A stretch of DNA of 64,000 nucleotides from Candidatus Oxydemutatoraceae bacterium (GCA_965220085.1 CBDCOZ010000001.1:151992-215991); one strand, 5' to 3'; positions 20,190 through 32,254 are shown, counted from the stretch's first letter. Made by a program: numbers and translations. Notes: generated by a model not told the origin, from the letters alone.

Positions 20190-21662
20190 ATGAATTTGAC
20201 GCGAGAACAATATCAACGACTGGTTGATCAGGGTTACACGCACATCCCGTTATTTATCGAGGTTGAGACCGACAGCTCGCCCGCCGATATTTATCTGAAA
20301 CTGGCGGCGGGCAAGATGAGCTACTTGTTGCAATCGGCGGGAGCCGATACCGAGCAGGGGCGATACTCTTTTATTGGGCTTGAGTGTCGCAAGCACATTC
20401 GCATCAGCGACAAGCGCATCACCCTGCATCGCAACGGCGAGGAGCAAACCCGCGCGGCGGATGATCCCTTGGCCTGGATAGAGGAATACATCAAGACTTT
20501 TCGCGTGCCTCCCATCGAAGGCTTGCCGCGGTTTAGCGGCGGGTTTGTGGGTTATTTCGGTTATGAGACGATACGGCTGATTGAGCCGAAACTCGCCGGC
20601 CGCGCGCTGCCCGACATGCTCGGCACGCCGGATATTTTTCTTTTTGTATCGGAGCGGCTTGCCGTATTTGACAGCGCGCGCAATGCGCTTTTTTTGATCG
20701 CGCATGCGGATGCATCGCGCGCCGACGCGTATGACGCCGCGCGCGAAGAGCTTGCGCGGATGCGCTCCGAGTTGCGCAAAGACGTTCCGCTGTTGCCGGC
20801 GGCGGAAAGCGCGCCGGATGAGAAAGACTTTGTGTCCGGTTTCGGCAAGGCGGAATATATGCGAGCGGCGGAGACGTGCCGGCAATACATCACCGACGGC
20901 GAAGCGATGCAGATCGTGTTGTCGCAGCGAATGCAAGCGCCGTTTCGGTGCGCGCCGTTTCATCTCTATCGGGCGTTGTTGCGCTTAAACCCCTCGCCGT
21001 ATATGTACTATTTTGATTTTGGCGATTTCCGCGTGGTCGGTTCTTCTCCCGAGATACTCGCGCGGCTGCGGGGCGATGAGCTGACGCTCAGGCCCATCGC
21101 CGGCACCCGTCGCCGCGGGGCGACGGCGGCGGAAGACTTGGCGCTTGAGAAGGAACTGCTGGGGGATAAAAAGGAATTGGCCGAGCATCTGATGTTGATC
21201 GATCTCGGGCGCAATGATCTCGGGCGCATCGCGCGGATCGGCAGCGTCTGCGTCACCGAAAAGATGGCGATCGAGCGCTACTCCCACGTGATGCATATCG
21301 TTTCCAATGTGACCGGCAGGAAACGCGACGATGTCGGTTTGCCGGAGGTGTTGCGCGCGACTTTCCCGGCGGGCACCGTATCGGGCGCGCCCAAAGTGCG
21401 GGCGATGGAGATCATCGCGATGTTGGAGCCGGTGAAGCGCAATATCTACTCGGGGGCGGTCGGTTATATCGGCTGGGACGGCGCCATCGATACCGCCATC
21501 GCCATTCGCACCGCCGTCATCAAAGACGAGACGCTGTTTGTGCAGACCGGCGCCGGCCTGGTGTATGATTCAAACCCGGCGCACGAATGGATGGAGACGA
21601 TGAACAAGGCGCGGGTTCTGTTCAAGGCCGCCGAGATGGCGGGCGCGGTATCGCGGGTATAA
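20190..21662 (+). CDS. trpE: Anthranilate synthase component I
   Basis: [35 protein letters not shown]. Confidence 0.95.
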   Translation: MNLTREQYQRLVDQGYTHIPLFIEVETDSSPADIYLKLAAGKMSYLLQSAGADTEQGRYSFIGLECRKHIRISDKRITLHRNGEEQTRAADDPLAWIEEYIKTFRVPPIEGLPRFSGGFVGYFGYETIRLIEPKLAGRALPDMLGTPDIFLFVSERLAVFDSARNALFLIAHADASRADAYDAAREELARMRSELRKDVPLLPAAESAPDEKDFVSGFGKAEYMRAAETCRQYITDGEAMQIVLSQRMQAPFRCAPFHLYRALLRLNPSPYMYYFDFGDFRVVGSSPEILARLRGDELTLRPIAGTRRRGATAAEDLALEKELLGDKKELAEHLMLIDLGRNDLGRIARIGSVCVTEKMAIERYSHVMHIVSNVTGRKRDDVGLPEVLRATFPAGTVSGAPKVRAMEIIAMLEPVKRNIYSGAVGYIGWDGAIDTAIAIRTAVIKDETLFVQTGAGLVYDSNPAHEWMETMNKARVLFKAAEMAGAVSRV

Positions 21663-21687
21663 TGCTTGTTCTTTTGCGGTTGTCGGT

Positions 21688-22266
21688 ATGATTTTGATGA
21701 TAGATAACTACGATTCGTTCACCTATAATCTGGTGCAGTATTTCGGCGAGTTGGGCGCGCGGGTGAAGGTGTTTCGCAACGACCGCATCGATGTCGCGCA
21801 GATCGCGTCTCTGGCGCCCGAACGAATCGTGATATCACCCGGTCCCGGAACTCCCGATACGGCCGGGGTGACGCTTGACACCATCCGCGCTTTTGCGCAC
21901 AAGGCGCCGATACTGGGCGTGTGTCTTGGCATGCAGGCGATCGGCCAAGTGTTTGGCGGCAAGATCACGCATGCGGCGACAATCAAGCACGGCAAAACCT
22001 CGTTGATACACCACACGAGCGCCGGCGTTTTCAGCGGCTTTGAAAGCCCTTTCACCGCCACCCGCTATCACTCTTTGGCGATTGACAGAGCGTCTTTTCC
22101 CGCCGACTTGGAAGAAACCGCCTGGACCGAAGAGGACGCGGCAAGAGAGATTATGGGGATTCGCCACCGCGCCTATCCGGTCGCCGGTGTTCAATTTCAT
22201 CCCGAATCCATCCTGACCCGCAACGGTCATGCGTTGCTGAAGAATTTTCTCGACGATGCAATTTAG
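21688..22266 (+). CDS. trpG: Anthranilate synthase component II (glutamine amidotransferase)
   Basis: [27 protein letters not shown]. Confidence 0.93.
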   Translation: MILMIDNYDSFTYNLVQYFGELGARVKVFRNDRIDVAQIASLAPERIVISPGPGTPDTAGVTLDTIRAFAHKAPILGVCLGMQAIGQVFGGKITHAATIKHGKTSLIHHTSAGVFSGFESPFTATRYHSLAIDRASFPADLEETAWTEEDAAREIMGIRHRAYPVAGVQFHPESILTRNGHALLKNFLDDAI

Positions 22267-23281
22267 CGATTTAATCAGAACGCTCAGCGCGAAGAAGCCG
22301 CTTGGCGCAGAGCGGGTGCGCGCCGCGATGCGGGCGATCATTGCCGGCGACAGCGATCCGGTGCAGGTCGGCGCGTTTCTCGCCGTGTTGCATATGTACG
22401 GAGAAGACAGCGCCACCCTGCAGGCGGCGGCCGAAGTGTTGCTGGAGGCGGCGGTGCCGCTTGATGCGCCCGCAGAGAATCTAATCGATACCTGCGGCAC
22501 CGGCGGCGATGGCGTCGCCAGTTTCAATATTTCCAGCGCCGCGGCGATCGTTGCCGCCGCCGCCGGCGCGGTCGTGGCAAAACATGGCAATCGGGCGGTT
22601 TCAAGCAGTTGCGGCAGCGCCGATGTGCTCGAGGCGGCGGGGGTGGCGGTCGCGCTCGATGCGGCGGGCGTTGCGCACACGCTGGAGCGGGTCGGCATCG
22701 GTTTTCTGTTTGCTCCGAACTTTCATCCGGCGCTGGCGCAAGTGGCGCCGGTGCGCAAGGCGCTCGGCGTGCGCACCATATTTAATCTGCTGGGCCCGCT
22801 GGTGAATCCCGCGCGCCCGCCGCGCAGAATCATCGGCGTGTTTGACAAGAGCCTGTTGCGGACGATGGCCGCTGTGGCGGTCGCGCTCGGAGCGCGCCAT
22901 GTGCTGGTCGCGCACTCCGAGGACGGCATGGACGAGATCAGCGCGTCGGCGCCGACCTCGGTGTATGAGATTGACGCCGCCAGCGGCGCGCAAAGGGAAT
23001 TCTCCGTCACGCCCGAGGAGTTTGGCATCCAAGCGACGCCGCTGGATGCCTTGCGTGTCGACGGCGTCGAGCAGAGCCTGGCGATGTTGCATTCGGTTTT
23101 TTCCGGCGCGCCCGGCGCGGCAAGCGATGCGACGGCATTGAACGCCGGCGCGGCGTTGTATGTCGCCGGGCTGGCGGATAGCATCGGGCAAGGGGTGGCG
23201 CTGGCGCAAGAGACGATACGCGACGGCCGCGCGTCGGACAAGCTGAATCAGTGGGTCGCTGTGAGCGGCGAATATGTTTGA
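22256..23281 (+). CDS. trpD: Anthranilate phosphoribosyltransferase
   Basis: [24 protein letters not shown]. Confidence 0.96.
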   Translation: MQFSDLIRTLSAKKPLGAERVRAAMRAIIAGDSDPVQVGAFLAVLHMYGEDSATLQAAAEVLLEAAVPLDAPAENLIDTCGTGGDGVASFNISSAAAIVAAAAGAVVAKHGNRAVSSSCGSADVLEAAGVAVALDAAGVAHTLERVGIGFLFAPNFHPALAQVAPVRKALGVRTIFNLLGPLVNPARPPRRIIGVFDKSLLRTMAAVAVALGARHVLVAHSEDGMDEISASAPTSVYEIDAASGAQREFSVTPEEFGIQATPLDALRVDGVEQSLAMLHSVFSGAPGAASDATALNAGAALYVAGLADSIGQGVALAQETIRDGRASDKLNQWVAVSGEYV

Positions 23282-23290
23282 GGCGCGGAT

Positions 23291-24088
23291 GTGATACTGG
23301 ATACGATACTGCGCCACAAGCGCAATGAGATCAAGCGGGCAAAAAAGAAATACGGCATTTCGGCGCTCAAAGATTTTGCCGACGCGCAGGGCGCGGTGCG
23401 CGGCTTTGGCAACAGTTTGCGACAGCGGATAGCGGGCGGTCATGCGGCGGTCATCGCCGAGATCAAACGCGCATCGCCGAGCAAGGGGGTGTTGCGGGAG
23501 GACTTTGACCCGGTTCAAATTGCCGCCGGCTTCATGCGCGCCGGCGCGTGTTGTCTCTCCGTTTTGACCGATGTCCGTTTCTTCAAAGGGTCGGGGGCGA
23601 TTCTGGACTTGGCGCGGCGCCACTGTATGTTGCCCGCCCTGCGCAAGGATTTCATCGTGGATACCTATCAGGTTTATGAAAGCCGCGCCCTCGGAGCGGA
23701 TTGCATATTGCTGATCGCCGCCGCCTTGCCCGATGACGGTTTGTTGCAAGAGTTGTCCGCCGTCGCGCAGCGCTTGGGCATGGATGCGCTCTTTGAAGCG
23801 CACGATGAAGCCGAACTCGACCGTATTCTGGCGCTCGGCGACGCCGCCGCATTGATCGGAATCAACAACCGCAATTTGCGCACCTTTGAAGTCTCCCTTG
23901 AAACGAGCATCGCTCTGGCCGCAAGAGTGCCCGAGGACAAACTGGTCGTCAGCGAGAGCGGGATTCAAACACCGGCCGATATTGAGACCCTGCGACGGAA
24001 TAACATCCGCGCGTATCTGATCGGAGAGACCCTGATGCGGGCCGCCGACCCGGCGACGGCTCTGCGCGAATTGATCGCTGCGCAATAG
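23291..24088 (+). CDS. trpC: Indole-3-glycerol phosphate synthase
   Basis: IAEIKRASPSKG, LRKDFI, GINNRNL, SESGI. Confidence 0.96.
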   Translation: MILDTILRHKRNEIKRAKKKYGISALKDFADAQGAVRGFGNSLRQRIAGGHAAVIAEIKRASPSKGVLREDFDPVQIAAGFMRAGACCLSVLTDVRFFKGSGAILDLARRHCMLPALRKDFIVDTYQVYESRALGADCILLIAAALPDDGLLQELSAVAQRLGMDALFEAHDEAELDRILALGDAAALIGINNRNLRTFEVSLETSIALAARVPEDKLVVSESGIQTPADIETLRRNNIRAYLIGETLMRAADPATALRELIAAQ

Positions 24089-24721
24089 GCTATCCGCTTG
24101 GTGTTGCCCGCGCTCTGGCCGCAAGAGCGCCCGAGGACAAACTGGTCGTCAGCGAGAGCGGGATTCAAACACCGGCCGATATTGAGACCCTGCGACGGAA
24201 TAACATCCGCGCGTATCTGATCGGAGAGACCCTGATGCGGGCCGCCGACCCGGCGACGGCTCTGCGCGAATTGATCGCTGCGCAATAGGCTATCCGCTTG
24301 GTGTTGCCCGCGCTCTGGCCGCAAGAGCGCCCGAGGACAAACTGGTCGTCAGCGAGAGCGGGATTCAAACACCGGCCGATATTGAGACCCTGCGACGGAA
24401 TAACATCCGCGCGTATCTGATCGGAGAGACCCTGATGCGGGCCGCCGACCCGGCGACGGCTCTGCGCGAATTGATCGCTGCGCAATAGGCTATCCGCTTG
24501 GTGTTGCCCGCGCTCTGGCCGCAAGAGCGCCCGAGGACAAACCGGTCGTCAGCGAGAGCGGGATTCAAACGCCGGCCGATATTGAGACCCTGCGACGGAA
24601 TAACATCCGCGCGTATCTGATCGGAGAGACCCTGATGCGGGCCGCCGACCCGGCGACGGCTCTGCGCGAATTGATCGTTGCGCAATAGGCTATCCGCTTG
24701 GTGTTGCCCGCGCTCTGGCCG
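23911..24721. repeat. 200-bp tandem repeat x4 covering the convergent 3' ends of trpC and the hydantoinase gene
   Basis: Units start at 23911, 24111, 24311 and 24511. 11-bp junction microhomology CGCTCTGGCCG. Confidence 0.95.
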
Positions 24722-26609
24722 ACTCGTTGCGTCGCAGGCGCAGATTGCCCATACTGTCCCGTTGCGCCCGCCAGTTTTGCGCCACCCAGGTGGTGCAATT
24801 GGCATCGGAGATCACCGTGTTGGCTTCAAAGCGCTCGTTCGCGCGGGCGCTCGTTTGATACTTCCCGAGCGCTTCTTGGAATGTGATCTCCGGTTCGCTA
24901 TGGGCTTCCAGACGCAACGACACCAACTCTGCCGCCGCATCCAGGCGGTGACCGTAACGCTGTTCGTGCATGCGGTGGAATGCGGCTTGGGTTCGCTCCG
25001 GGCCCTGCCACGGCAAGGTGAGGCAGAACAACTGTCCCAGATAGCGCAGGTCACAACTATATCGCAGCTCAAATTGCGCGATTTGTTGCGCGCGCATAGC
25101 GCTTGCGACTTGCCTTTCAAGCCGTTGCCGAATGGCGGCGATCGCGGATGCCTCAATGCCGTCGATCGGCGCGCATACGGTATGCGTGCGATACAGTCCC
25201 TTGCGCGCCGTAAGCATACCGAGCGCCGACAAGACGCCCGCATAGGCCGGTATGATCGCCCGCTTGATATTGAGTCCGTCCGCCAGCGCGCAAATATGCA
25301 GGCCCGCCGCCGCGCCGAATCCGCACAGCAAAAACGCATCGCCCGAACAGGCTTTTGCGGCCAGCGTTTTTCTCAGCGCTTGTACCATCTGCTCGTTCGC
25401 CAGCTTTATCACACCGTCCGCCGCTTCGTCGCGATCGATGCCAAGCGCGGCACAAAGAGGCCGAAACGCCGCCTCCGCCTTTGCCATATCCAAAGTCAGG
25501 TTTTGCAGGACGGTCGGTATGTGACCGAGAATCAGGTTGGCATCGGTGACGGTCGGCTTTTCGCCGCCGCGTCCGTAACACGCCGGGCCGGGCATGGAGC
25601 CGGCGGATTCGGGGCCAAGGCGCAGCAGGCCGGCTTCATCCGCGAAGGCGATGGAGCCGCCGCCGGCGCCGATCGTTCGGATATCCGCCATCGGTATCGT
25701 CACCGGCCAACAGCCGATCTGTCGGCAGCCGGTCAGGGCTATGTCGCCGTCGATGATCGCGACATCGGTCGAGGTGCCGCCCATATCAAAGGCGAGCATT
25801 TTTTGTTCGCCTAACATATCCGCGACGTGCTTGGCGCCGATCACACCCCCCGCGGGCCCGGACAAAAGCAAGTTGACCGAGCGCTTGGCGGCTTGCTGTG
25901 ATGCGATGGTATGTCCGTTGCTTTGCATCACCCGGATGTTTGCGGCGGGCAATGCGCTGCCGAGTTTTTTCAGGTAGGCGTCTATCAAAGGGATGAGACG
26001 CGCATTGAGCCAGGTGACGATGCCGCGCTCGTACTCGCCGGGCGCCGGATGCAACGCGGAGGAGCGGGAGACAAAAAAATCGTCTTGCAGCGCGCGCTCT
26101 ATTTCCTCCTCAAAATGGCTGTCTATAAAGGAAAACAGGAGATTAACGGCGACCGATTGCGCCCCCATTTGCTTGAGGCGCCGGCGGATGGCAACGATCT
26201 GCGCGGCATCCAATTCTTCCAACACCTCTCCCTGCGGTGTGATGCGTCCGCCGGTTTCAAAACACAGTTCGCGCATAACGGGGATGGTCTTTGCCGCCGG
26301 TTTCAGGTTGTACAATTCGCTCCGTGTTTGTCTGCCGATCGTCAGCGTATCGGCGAAGCCGTAGTTTGTGATGTAAGCGGTCTTCGCTCCGCGTCCTTGC
26401 AACACCGCATTGGTCGCGATGGTGGTGCCGTGCATCATCGACAGGGGCAGATGCGGCGCGATACCCAACTCGCGCAGTCCGCTAACGATCGCTTGCTCGG
26501 GCGCATCCGGCGTGGACAAGGTCTTATGAGCCCTTACGCCCTCCTCGGTGACCAGCACAAAGTCGGTGAATGTGCCCCCTGTATCGATGCCAATTAGTAT
26601 GTTATTCAC
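24690..26609 (-). CDS. Hydantoinase/oxoprolinase A-family protein
   Basis: GIDTGGTFTD, HGTTIATN, SGPAGG, DMGGTSTD, GPESAG..PGPACYG. Confidence 0.92.
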   Translation of the reverse strand: MNNILIGIDTGGTFTDFVLVTEEGVRAHKTLSTPDAPEQAIVSGLRELGIAPHLPLSMMHGTTIATNAVLQGRGAKTAYITNYGFADTLTIGRQTRSELYNLKPAAKTIPVMRELCFETGGRITPQGEVLEELDAAQIVAIRRRLKQMGAQSVAVNLLFSFIDSHFEEEIERALQDDFFVSRSSALHPAPGEYERGIVTWLNARLIPLIDAYLKKLGSALPAANIRVMQSNGHTIASQQAAKRSVNLLLSGPAGGVIGAKHVADMLGEQKMLAFDMGGTSTDVAIIDGDIALTGCRQIGCWPVTIPMADIRTIGAGGGSIAFADEAGLLRLGPESAGSMPGPACYGRGGEKPTVTDANLILGHIPTVLQNLTLDMAKAEAAFRPLCAALGIDRDEAADGVIKLANEQMVQALRKTLAAKACSGDAFLLCGFGAAAGLHICALADGLNIKRAIIPAYAGVLSALGMLTARKGLYRTHTVCAPIDGIEASAIAAIRQRLERQVASAMRAQQIAQFELRYSCDLRYLGQLFCLTLPWQGPERTQAAFHRMHEQRYGHRLDAAAELVSLRLEAHSEPEITFQEALGKYQTSARANERFEANTVISDANCTTWVAQNWRAQRDSMGNLRLRRNESARARATPSG

Positions 26610-26706
26610 AATCTTTCAGTCGGATTTCAAGTGGTTGGAATGACTCATAGTGTAAGGGTTATTCACAAGATATTCCGTATATATACACATAGATATTCAC
26701 CCCCGA

Positions 26707-26766
26707 CCACAATATATAGTAGTTATGGTCGCAAAGTAGTGCTATTATAGACACAAGATGCGGTAG
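26707..26766 (+). promoter_or_regulatory. NrdR boxes upstream of nrdA
   Basis: CCACAATATATAGTAG (26707-22) fits the NrdR-box consensus. Weaker ACACAAGATGCGGTAG at 26751-66. Confidence 0.7.
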
Positions 26767-26864
26767 ACATCGCTTTGACGGGTTATTTTGTTTGAAAGGC
26801 CCGTTGAGAAGGTAAATATAGTCGGGCTTTGCCCTTTAATTTTAGAGAGAGAGAGACACCAATA

Positions 26865-29732
26865 ATGGAGATACAAAAACAGCAAACAGATACCAATTTG
26901 TCCTCGCCGGCTGTCGTCGGCGCCGAAGCGTCGGCGGTTGAGATGCCGGTGGCCGTGCCGGGACAGTACCGAGTGATTCGTCGCAACGGCAAGACCACGG
27001 CATTTGATTCGAGCAAGATCGCGGTTGCTGTGACGAAAGCGTTTCTGGCGGTCGAAGGCAACGCCGCCGCCGCGTCAACGCGCATACATAAGATTGTCGA
27101 AGAGCTGACCGAGCAGGTCGTGACCGCGCTGACGCGCAATCGCTCTTCTTACGGCGAGACCTTTCATATAGAGGATATTCAGGATCAGGTTGAGTTGGCA
27201 TTGATGCGCGGCGGGCATCACCGCGTGGCCAGGTCTTATGTGCTGTATCGCGAACAACGCGCGCAGGAACGTCTGAACAAGAAGAAGAGCGAAGAGAGCG
27301 CGGCGCAACCCGATGCGGAAATCATGGTCGAGTACGCCGACGGCGGCACCCGCCCGCTTGACTTTGAACGCATGCAGCGGATGGTGCGTGACGCGTGTCT
27401 TGACACCGAGCATGTCGCGCCCGATTTAATCCTTGAGCAAGCGCTGCGTAATTTGTACAGCGGCATGAAAGAAGAGGATATCAATAGCGTCGTCGTGATG
27501 AGCGCGAGGAGCCTGACCGAGCAGGACCCGAACTACAGTTTCGTGGCGGCGCGTTTTCTGTTGCAGCGGCTTTGGGGCGAAGCTCTGGCCTTCCTCAATC
27601 GGTCGGATGTGTCGGAGTTGGATGCCGACATGCATTACGCGGCCTATTTCCCGGACTATGTCCGACGGGCCTGCGATTTGGAGCTGCTCGACCCGAGGCT
27701 CATGACCGAATACGACTTGGAGCGCTTGGCGCAGGCGTTGCGCCCGCAACGCGACCGCCAGTTTAACCATCTGGGGCTGCAGACCTTATACGATCGCTAC
27801 TTTATCCACTCCGATTCCGAGGCGCGGATAGAATTGCCGCAGGCGTTTTTTATGCGGGTTGCGATGGGGCTGGCATTAAACGAGACGAACCAGAACGACC
27901 GGGCGATAGAGTTTTATAATTTGCTCTCTTCCTTTGACTTCATGAGCTCAACGCCGACGCTGTTTAATTCCGGCACCTTGTATCCGCAGTTGTCTTCGTG
28001 TTATCTGACGACGATAGACGACGATTTGCACGGCATATTTGAGGCGATGCGGGACAATGCCATGTTGTCCAAGTTTGCCGGCGGGCTCGGCAACGATTGG
28101 ACGCCGGTGCGGGCGATGGGTTCTTACATCAAAGGCACCAACGGCAGGTCGCAAGGCGTCGTGCCCTTCCTCAAGGTTGCCAATGACACCGCCGTGGCGG
28201 TGAATCAGGGCGGCAAACGCAAAGGCGCCGTGTGCGCCTATCTTGAGACTTGGCATCTTGATATCGAGGAGTTCCTTGAGTTGCGCAAGAACACCGGCGA
28301 CGACCGTCGGCGCACGCACGATATGAATACGGCCAATTGGGTGCCGGACCTGTTTATGAAACGGGTCAAAGAAAATGCGCGCTGGACATTGTTTTCCCCG
28401 AACGAGACCGGCGATTTGCACGATTTGTGCGGGCGCGAATTTGAAAAGCGGTATGTCGAATACGAAGCGGCGGCGGAGCGCGGCGAGTTGGAGACATACA
28501 AGCGCGTCGAAGCGGCGCAGTTGTGGCGCAAGATGATTAACATGCTGTATGAGACCGGTCACCCGTGGTTGGCATTCAAAGACCCGTGCAACATCCGCTC
28601 GCCGCAGCAACATGTCGGCGTGGTGCACTCTTCCAACCTGTGTACCGAGATCACATTGAACACCTCCAAGAGCGAGATCGCGGTGTGTAATCTCGGCTCG
28701 GTCAATCTGGCGCAGCACGTCGATGAGAACGGTTTGAATACGGAGAAACTGGAAGCCACGATCAACACCGCGATGCGGATGCTGGATAACGTAATTGATT
28801 GCAATTACTACAGTGTCCGCAAGGCGCGCAATTCCAACATGCGCCATCGTCCGGTGGGGCTTGGCATCATGGGTTTTCAGGATGCCTTGTATAAGTTGCG
28901 CCTGCCGTATTCCGACGAGCGGGCGGTGGAGTTTGCCGACCGTTCTATGGAAGCGGTGAGTTATTTTGCGATTCAGGCTTCGGTTGATCTCGCGCAGGAA
29001 CGCGGCGCGTATTCGAGTTTCAAAGGCTCGCTGTGGAGCCGGGGCATCTTGCCGATCGACTCTGTCAAGATGCTGGCCGACAGCCGCGACGGGATGTTGA
29101 AAGCGGATATGTCTTCGACGATGGACTGGGATGCGTTGCGCGCCCGCGTGAAAAAGGTCGGGATGCGCAATTCCAACACCATGGCGATCGCGCCGACCGC
29201 GACGATTTCAAATATCTGCGGCGTGTCCCAAAGCATAGAGCCGACTTACCAGAACCTGTTTGTCAAATCCAATCTGTCGGGCGAGTTCACGGTGGTGAAC
29301 ACATACTTGCGCAATGACCTGCGCGCGCTCGGCTTGTGGGACGAAGTGATGGTTCACGATCTCAAATACTACGACGGCAGTGTGCGCCAGACCGACAGAA
29401 TTCCCGACGAGCTCAAAGCGTTGTACGCCACCGCTTTTGAGATAGACCCGCGCTGGCTGGTCGAGGCCGCATCGCGGCGGCAGAAATGGATCGACCAATC
29501 CCAGTCGCTCAACTTGTATATGGCGGAGCCGTCGGGCAAAAAGATGTCCAACCTCTACGAGTTGGCGTGGGTGAGAGGTTTGAAAACGACTTACTATCTG
29601 CGTTCTATGGGGGCGACCCATGTGGAGAAGAGCACCCTCAACACGGCCGACTCCAAGTTGAACGCGGTGTCAAACAGCCGGCCGGAAGCGCCCGCGTGTT
29701 CGATGGACGAAGGCTGCGAAGCATGCCAATAA
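26865..29732 (+). CDS. nrdA: Class Ia ribonucleotide reductase alpha subunit with N-terminal ATP cones
   Basis: STPTLFN, SSC, SNLCTEI, IAPTATIS, KTTYY, C-terminal CEACQ. Confidence 0.97.
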   Translation: MEIQKQQTDTNLSSPAVVGAEASAVEMPVAVPGQYRVIRRNGKTTAFDSSKIAVAVTKAFLAVEGNAAAASTRIHKIVEELTEQVVTALTRNRSSYGETFHIEDIQDQVELALMRGGHHRVARSYVLYREQRAQERLNKKKSEESAAQPDAEIMVEYADGGTRPLDFERMQRMVRDACLDTEHVAPDLILEQALRNLYSGMKEEDINSVVVMSARSLTEQDPNYSFVAARFLLQRLWGEALAFLNRSDVSELDADMHYAAYFPDYVRRACDLELLDPRLMTEYDLERLAQALRPQRDRQFNHLGLQTLYDRYFIHSDSEARIELPQAFFMRVAMGLALNETNQNDRAIEFYNLLSSFDFMSSTPTLFNSGTLYPQLSSCYLTTIDDDLHGIFEAMRDNAMLSKFAGGLGNDWTPVRAMGSYIKGTNGRSQGVVPFLKVANDTAVAVNQGGKRKGAVCAYLETWHLDIEEFLELRKNTGDDRRRTHDMNTANWVPDLFMKRVKENARWTLFSPNETGDLHDLCGREFEKRYVEYEAAAERGELETYKRVEAAQLWRKMINMLYETGHPWLAFKDPCNIRSPQQHVGVVHSSNLCTEITLNTSKSEIAVCNLGSVNLAQHVDENGLNTEKLEATINTAMRMLDNVIDCNYYSVRKARNSNMRHRPVGLGIMGFQDALYKLRLPYSDERAVEFADRSMEAVSYFAIQASVDLAQERGAYSSFKGSLWSRGILPIDSVKMLADSRDGMLKADMSSTMDWDALRARVKKVGMRNSNTMAIAPTATISNICGVSQSIEPTYQNLFVKSNLSGEFTVVNTYLRNDLRALGLWDEVMVHDLKYYDGSVRQTDRIPDELKALYATAFEIDPRWLVEAASRRQKWIDQSQSLNLYMAEPSGKKMSNLYELAWVRGLKTTYYLRSMGATHVEKSTLNTADSKLNAVSNSRPEAPACSMDEGCEACQ

Positions 29733-29755
29733 AACAACTATAGGAGACGATACTT

Positions 29756-30961
29756 ATGCAACAACCAAGTCAATTTAATTGGGATTCCCCCTTGGCCGAT
29801 AACGACCCGGTTATCGATGCCCCGGAGCTTGTCCGCAAGCGCAACGGCAATGCGGGCAGCGGGCAACGCGCAGCCGTTGCGCCGCAGAACGGCGCCGGCG
29901 ACAGCGGAGTGACCGGCCTTGAAGACCTGCAGATGGGGGCCGCGCGGATTCAAGTCGATGACAAACAGATCATCAATTGCCGCGCCGACTTAAACCAACT
30001 GGTGCCGTTCAAATACGCCTGGGCGTGGGACAAATATCTCGCGGCGTGTAACAACCATTGGATGCCGCAGGAGATCAACATGACCGCCGATGTCGAGTTG
30101 TGGAAGCGGGCGGACGGTTTGACCGAGGCCGAGCGGATGGTGGTCAAACGCAATCTGGGTTTCTTCTCGACCGCCGACTCGTTGGTCGCGAACAATCTGG
30201 TGTTGGCGGTATATCGTCACATCACCAATCCCGAGTGTCGGCAATATCTCTTGCGCCAGGCGTTTGAGGAGGCGGTACACACCCACGCATACCAATATTG
30301 CATTCAATCATTGGGCTTGGATGAGGGCGAAGTGTTTAACATGTATCGCGAACTGCCGTCGGTGGCGCACAAGTCCGAATGGGCTTTGCCGTATACCAAG
30401 AGTCTGAGCGATCCGACTTTCAAAACCGGCTCGCTGGCGGACAACCGGCGTTTGTTGCGCGACTTGATCGCGTTTTATGTCGTGTTTGAAGGCATCTTCT
30501 TTTATGTCGGCTTTGCGCAGATATTGTCGATGGGACGGCGCAACAAGATGGTCGGCGTCGCCGAACAGTTTCAATATATCCTGCGCGACGAGTCCATGCA
30601 TATGAACTTCGGCATAGATGTCATCAATCAAATCAAGTTGGAAAATCCGGATCTGTGGAGCGAAGCGTTCCAATCCGAGATGATAGAACTGATCATGGAA
30701 GGGGTCAAGCACGAGAAACTGTATGCCGAGGACACGATGCCGCAGGGCATTTTGGGCATGAATGCAAACTCGTTCAAGCAATATGTCGAGTTTATTGCCA
30801 ATCGGCGCTTTGCGCAGATTGATTTGCCGGAGCAGTTTCCCGGCGTCAAAAACCCGTTCCCGTGGATGTCCGAAATACTGGACTTGAAAAAAGAGAAAAA
30901 CTTCTTTGAAACCCGCGTAACCGAGTATCAAACCGGCGGTGCTTTGGATTGGGACGACTGA
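29756..30961 (+). CDS. nrdB: Ribonucleotide reductase beta subunit
   Basis: [31 protein letters not shown]. Confidence 0.97.
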   Translation: MQQPSQFNWDSPLADNDPVIDAPELVRKRNGNAGSGQRAAVAPQNGAGDSGVTGLEDLQMGAARIQVDDKQIINCRADLNQLVPFKYAWAWDKYLAACNNHWMPQEINMTADVELWKRADGLTEAERMVVKRNLGFFSTADSLVANNLVLAVYRHITNPECRQYLLRQAFEEAVHTHAYQYCIQSLGLDEGEVFNMYRELPSVAHKSEWALPYTKSLSDPTFKTGSLADNRRLLRDLIAFYVVFEGIFFYVGFAQILSMGRRNKMVGVAEQFQYILRDESMHMNFGIDVINQIKLENPDLWSEAFQSEMIELIMEGVKHEKLYAEDTMPQGILGMNANSFKQYVEFIANRRFAQIDLPEQFPGVKNPFPWMSEILDLKKEKNFFETRVTEYQTGGALDWDD

Positions 30962-31059
30962 GGCGGGCAGCGCGACCTCTTCGTCGCACAGGGCGGCTTC
31001 TGTCCGCGACGAAGCGACGGAGAGGCTTGTTGCCGTAACGCGCGCCCGAGGCATGTAAT

Positions 31060-31584
31060 ATGATGGACTCTGTTCGGGCTTTTTCTTTTCGCAGCATACA
31101 CCTGCTCGGCTTGGCGCTGGCGATAGCGTCTCTGCTCATCGCCGTTTTTTTCATGCAGGGGTATCTGGGTCTGGCCGCATGCCCTCTGTGCATCATCGAC
31201 CGCTGGCTGGTCGGCCTTGCCGCCGTCCTGTTTGCTCTCGCGGCGACACACAATCCGTCCCGCATCGGCCAGCGCATCTATGCCGGTTTGAATATGCTCG
31301 TCTGCGCCGCCGGCATGGCGGTCGCCGGTCGCCACATTTGGCTGCAGAGTGTGCCGCCGGAGGACGTTCCCGACTGCACGCCCGGACTGGACTACCTGAT
31401 GGAGGCGCTGCCGTTGCAAAAAGTCTTTGCGGTATTGATGAACAGCGCCGGCGAATGCGCCGAAGTCGTCTGGACATTTCTGGGTCTGTCCATTCCCCAG
31501 CAGACCTTGCTGCTTTTTATCGCGCTCTTTCTGGTATCGCTGATCGTCGTCGTCAAAGCATGCGGCGGCGGACATCGCGGATAG
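31060..31584 (+). CDS. dsbB: Disulfide bond formation protein B
   Basis: CPLC motif, four TM helices, second Cys pair (DC...GEC). Confidence 0.9.
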   Translation: MMDSVRAFSFRSIHLLGLALAIASLLIAVFFMQGYLGLAACPLCIIDRWLVGLAAVLFALAATHNPSRIGQRIYAGLNMLVCAAGMAVAGRHIWLQSVPPEDVPDCTPGLDYLMEALPLQKVFAVLMNSAGECAEVVWTFLGLSIPQQTLLLFIALFLVSLIVVVKACGGGHRG

Positions 31585-31588
31585 GGCG

Positions 31589-32254
31589 ATGGGTGCGCGT
31601 ATCGTCTCGGTCAATGTCGCACAGCCTCGTGTGGTGATGTACAAAGGCCGCGAAGTGACAACGAGCATTCGCAAAAAGCCGATATCCGGCCGCCGTGTCG
31701 CCCTCGGCGAGGACGGACTTTGCGGCGACGCTCAGGCTGACCGCGCGCGCCACGGCGGCGCGCACAAGGCGGCGTATGCTTATGCCAGCGAGCATTATGA
31801 ATACTGGCGCAGCCGCCATCGCCTGCGCGCCGAAAGTTACGGCCTGTTCGGCGAAAATCTGACGACAGAAGGCCTGTCGGATAACGATGTTTGCATAGGC
31901 GATGACATTGCCATCGGTGATGCGATCTTGCGCGTGACCCAGCCGCGCATCCCGTGCTACAAATTGAATATCGCGACGAATCGCGAACGGTTTGATAGGG
32001 TCTTCGGTCACAGCGCCCGGCTCGGCTTTTATATGAAAGTGATGAAAACAGGTTTTGTTCAAAACGGCGACGCGATTGAGATCGCCTCTCGCGACGCGTT
32101 GCAAATCAGTTCGCAGGCTATTGCCGAAATGTGCTTTCTTGACACCGAAAACTATTCGGGGATGACATATGCGATGCGGCACAAGGAATTGCCCCCCGAT
32201 ATCGCCAAAGTGTTTCAACACCGTCTGGCACGAAGCGGCCGGCTTTTCGGATAA
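31589..32254 (+). CDS. MOSC-domain protein (YiiM-like)
   Basis: GD.QAD...HGG, FGENLTTEG, VTQPRIPCYK. Confidence 0.9.
   Translation: MGARIVSVNVAQPRVVMYKGREVTTSIRKKPISGRRVALGEDGLCGDAQADRARHGGAHKAAYAYASEHYEYWRSRHRLRAESYGLFGENLTTEGLSDNDVCIGDDIAIGDAILRVTQPRIPCYKLNIATNRERFDRVFGHSARLGFYMKVMKTGFVQNGDAIEIASRDALQISSQAIAEMCFLDTENYSGMTYAMRHKELPPDIAKVFQHRLARSGRLFG

Noticed and set aside
26844-26856. (AG)n run before nrdA as a phase-variation site
   Set aside because: Short, upstream of the likely ATG of an essential gene, and probably just the RBS region.
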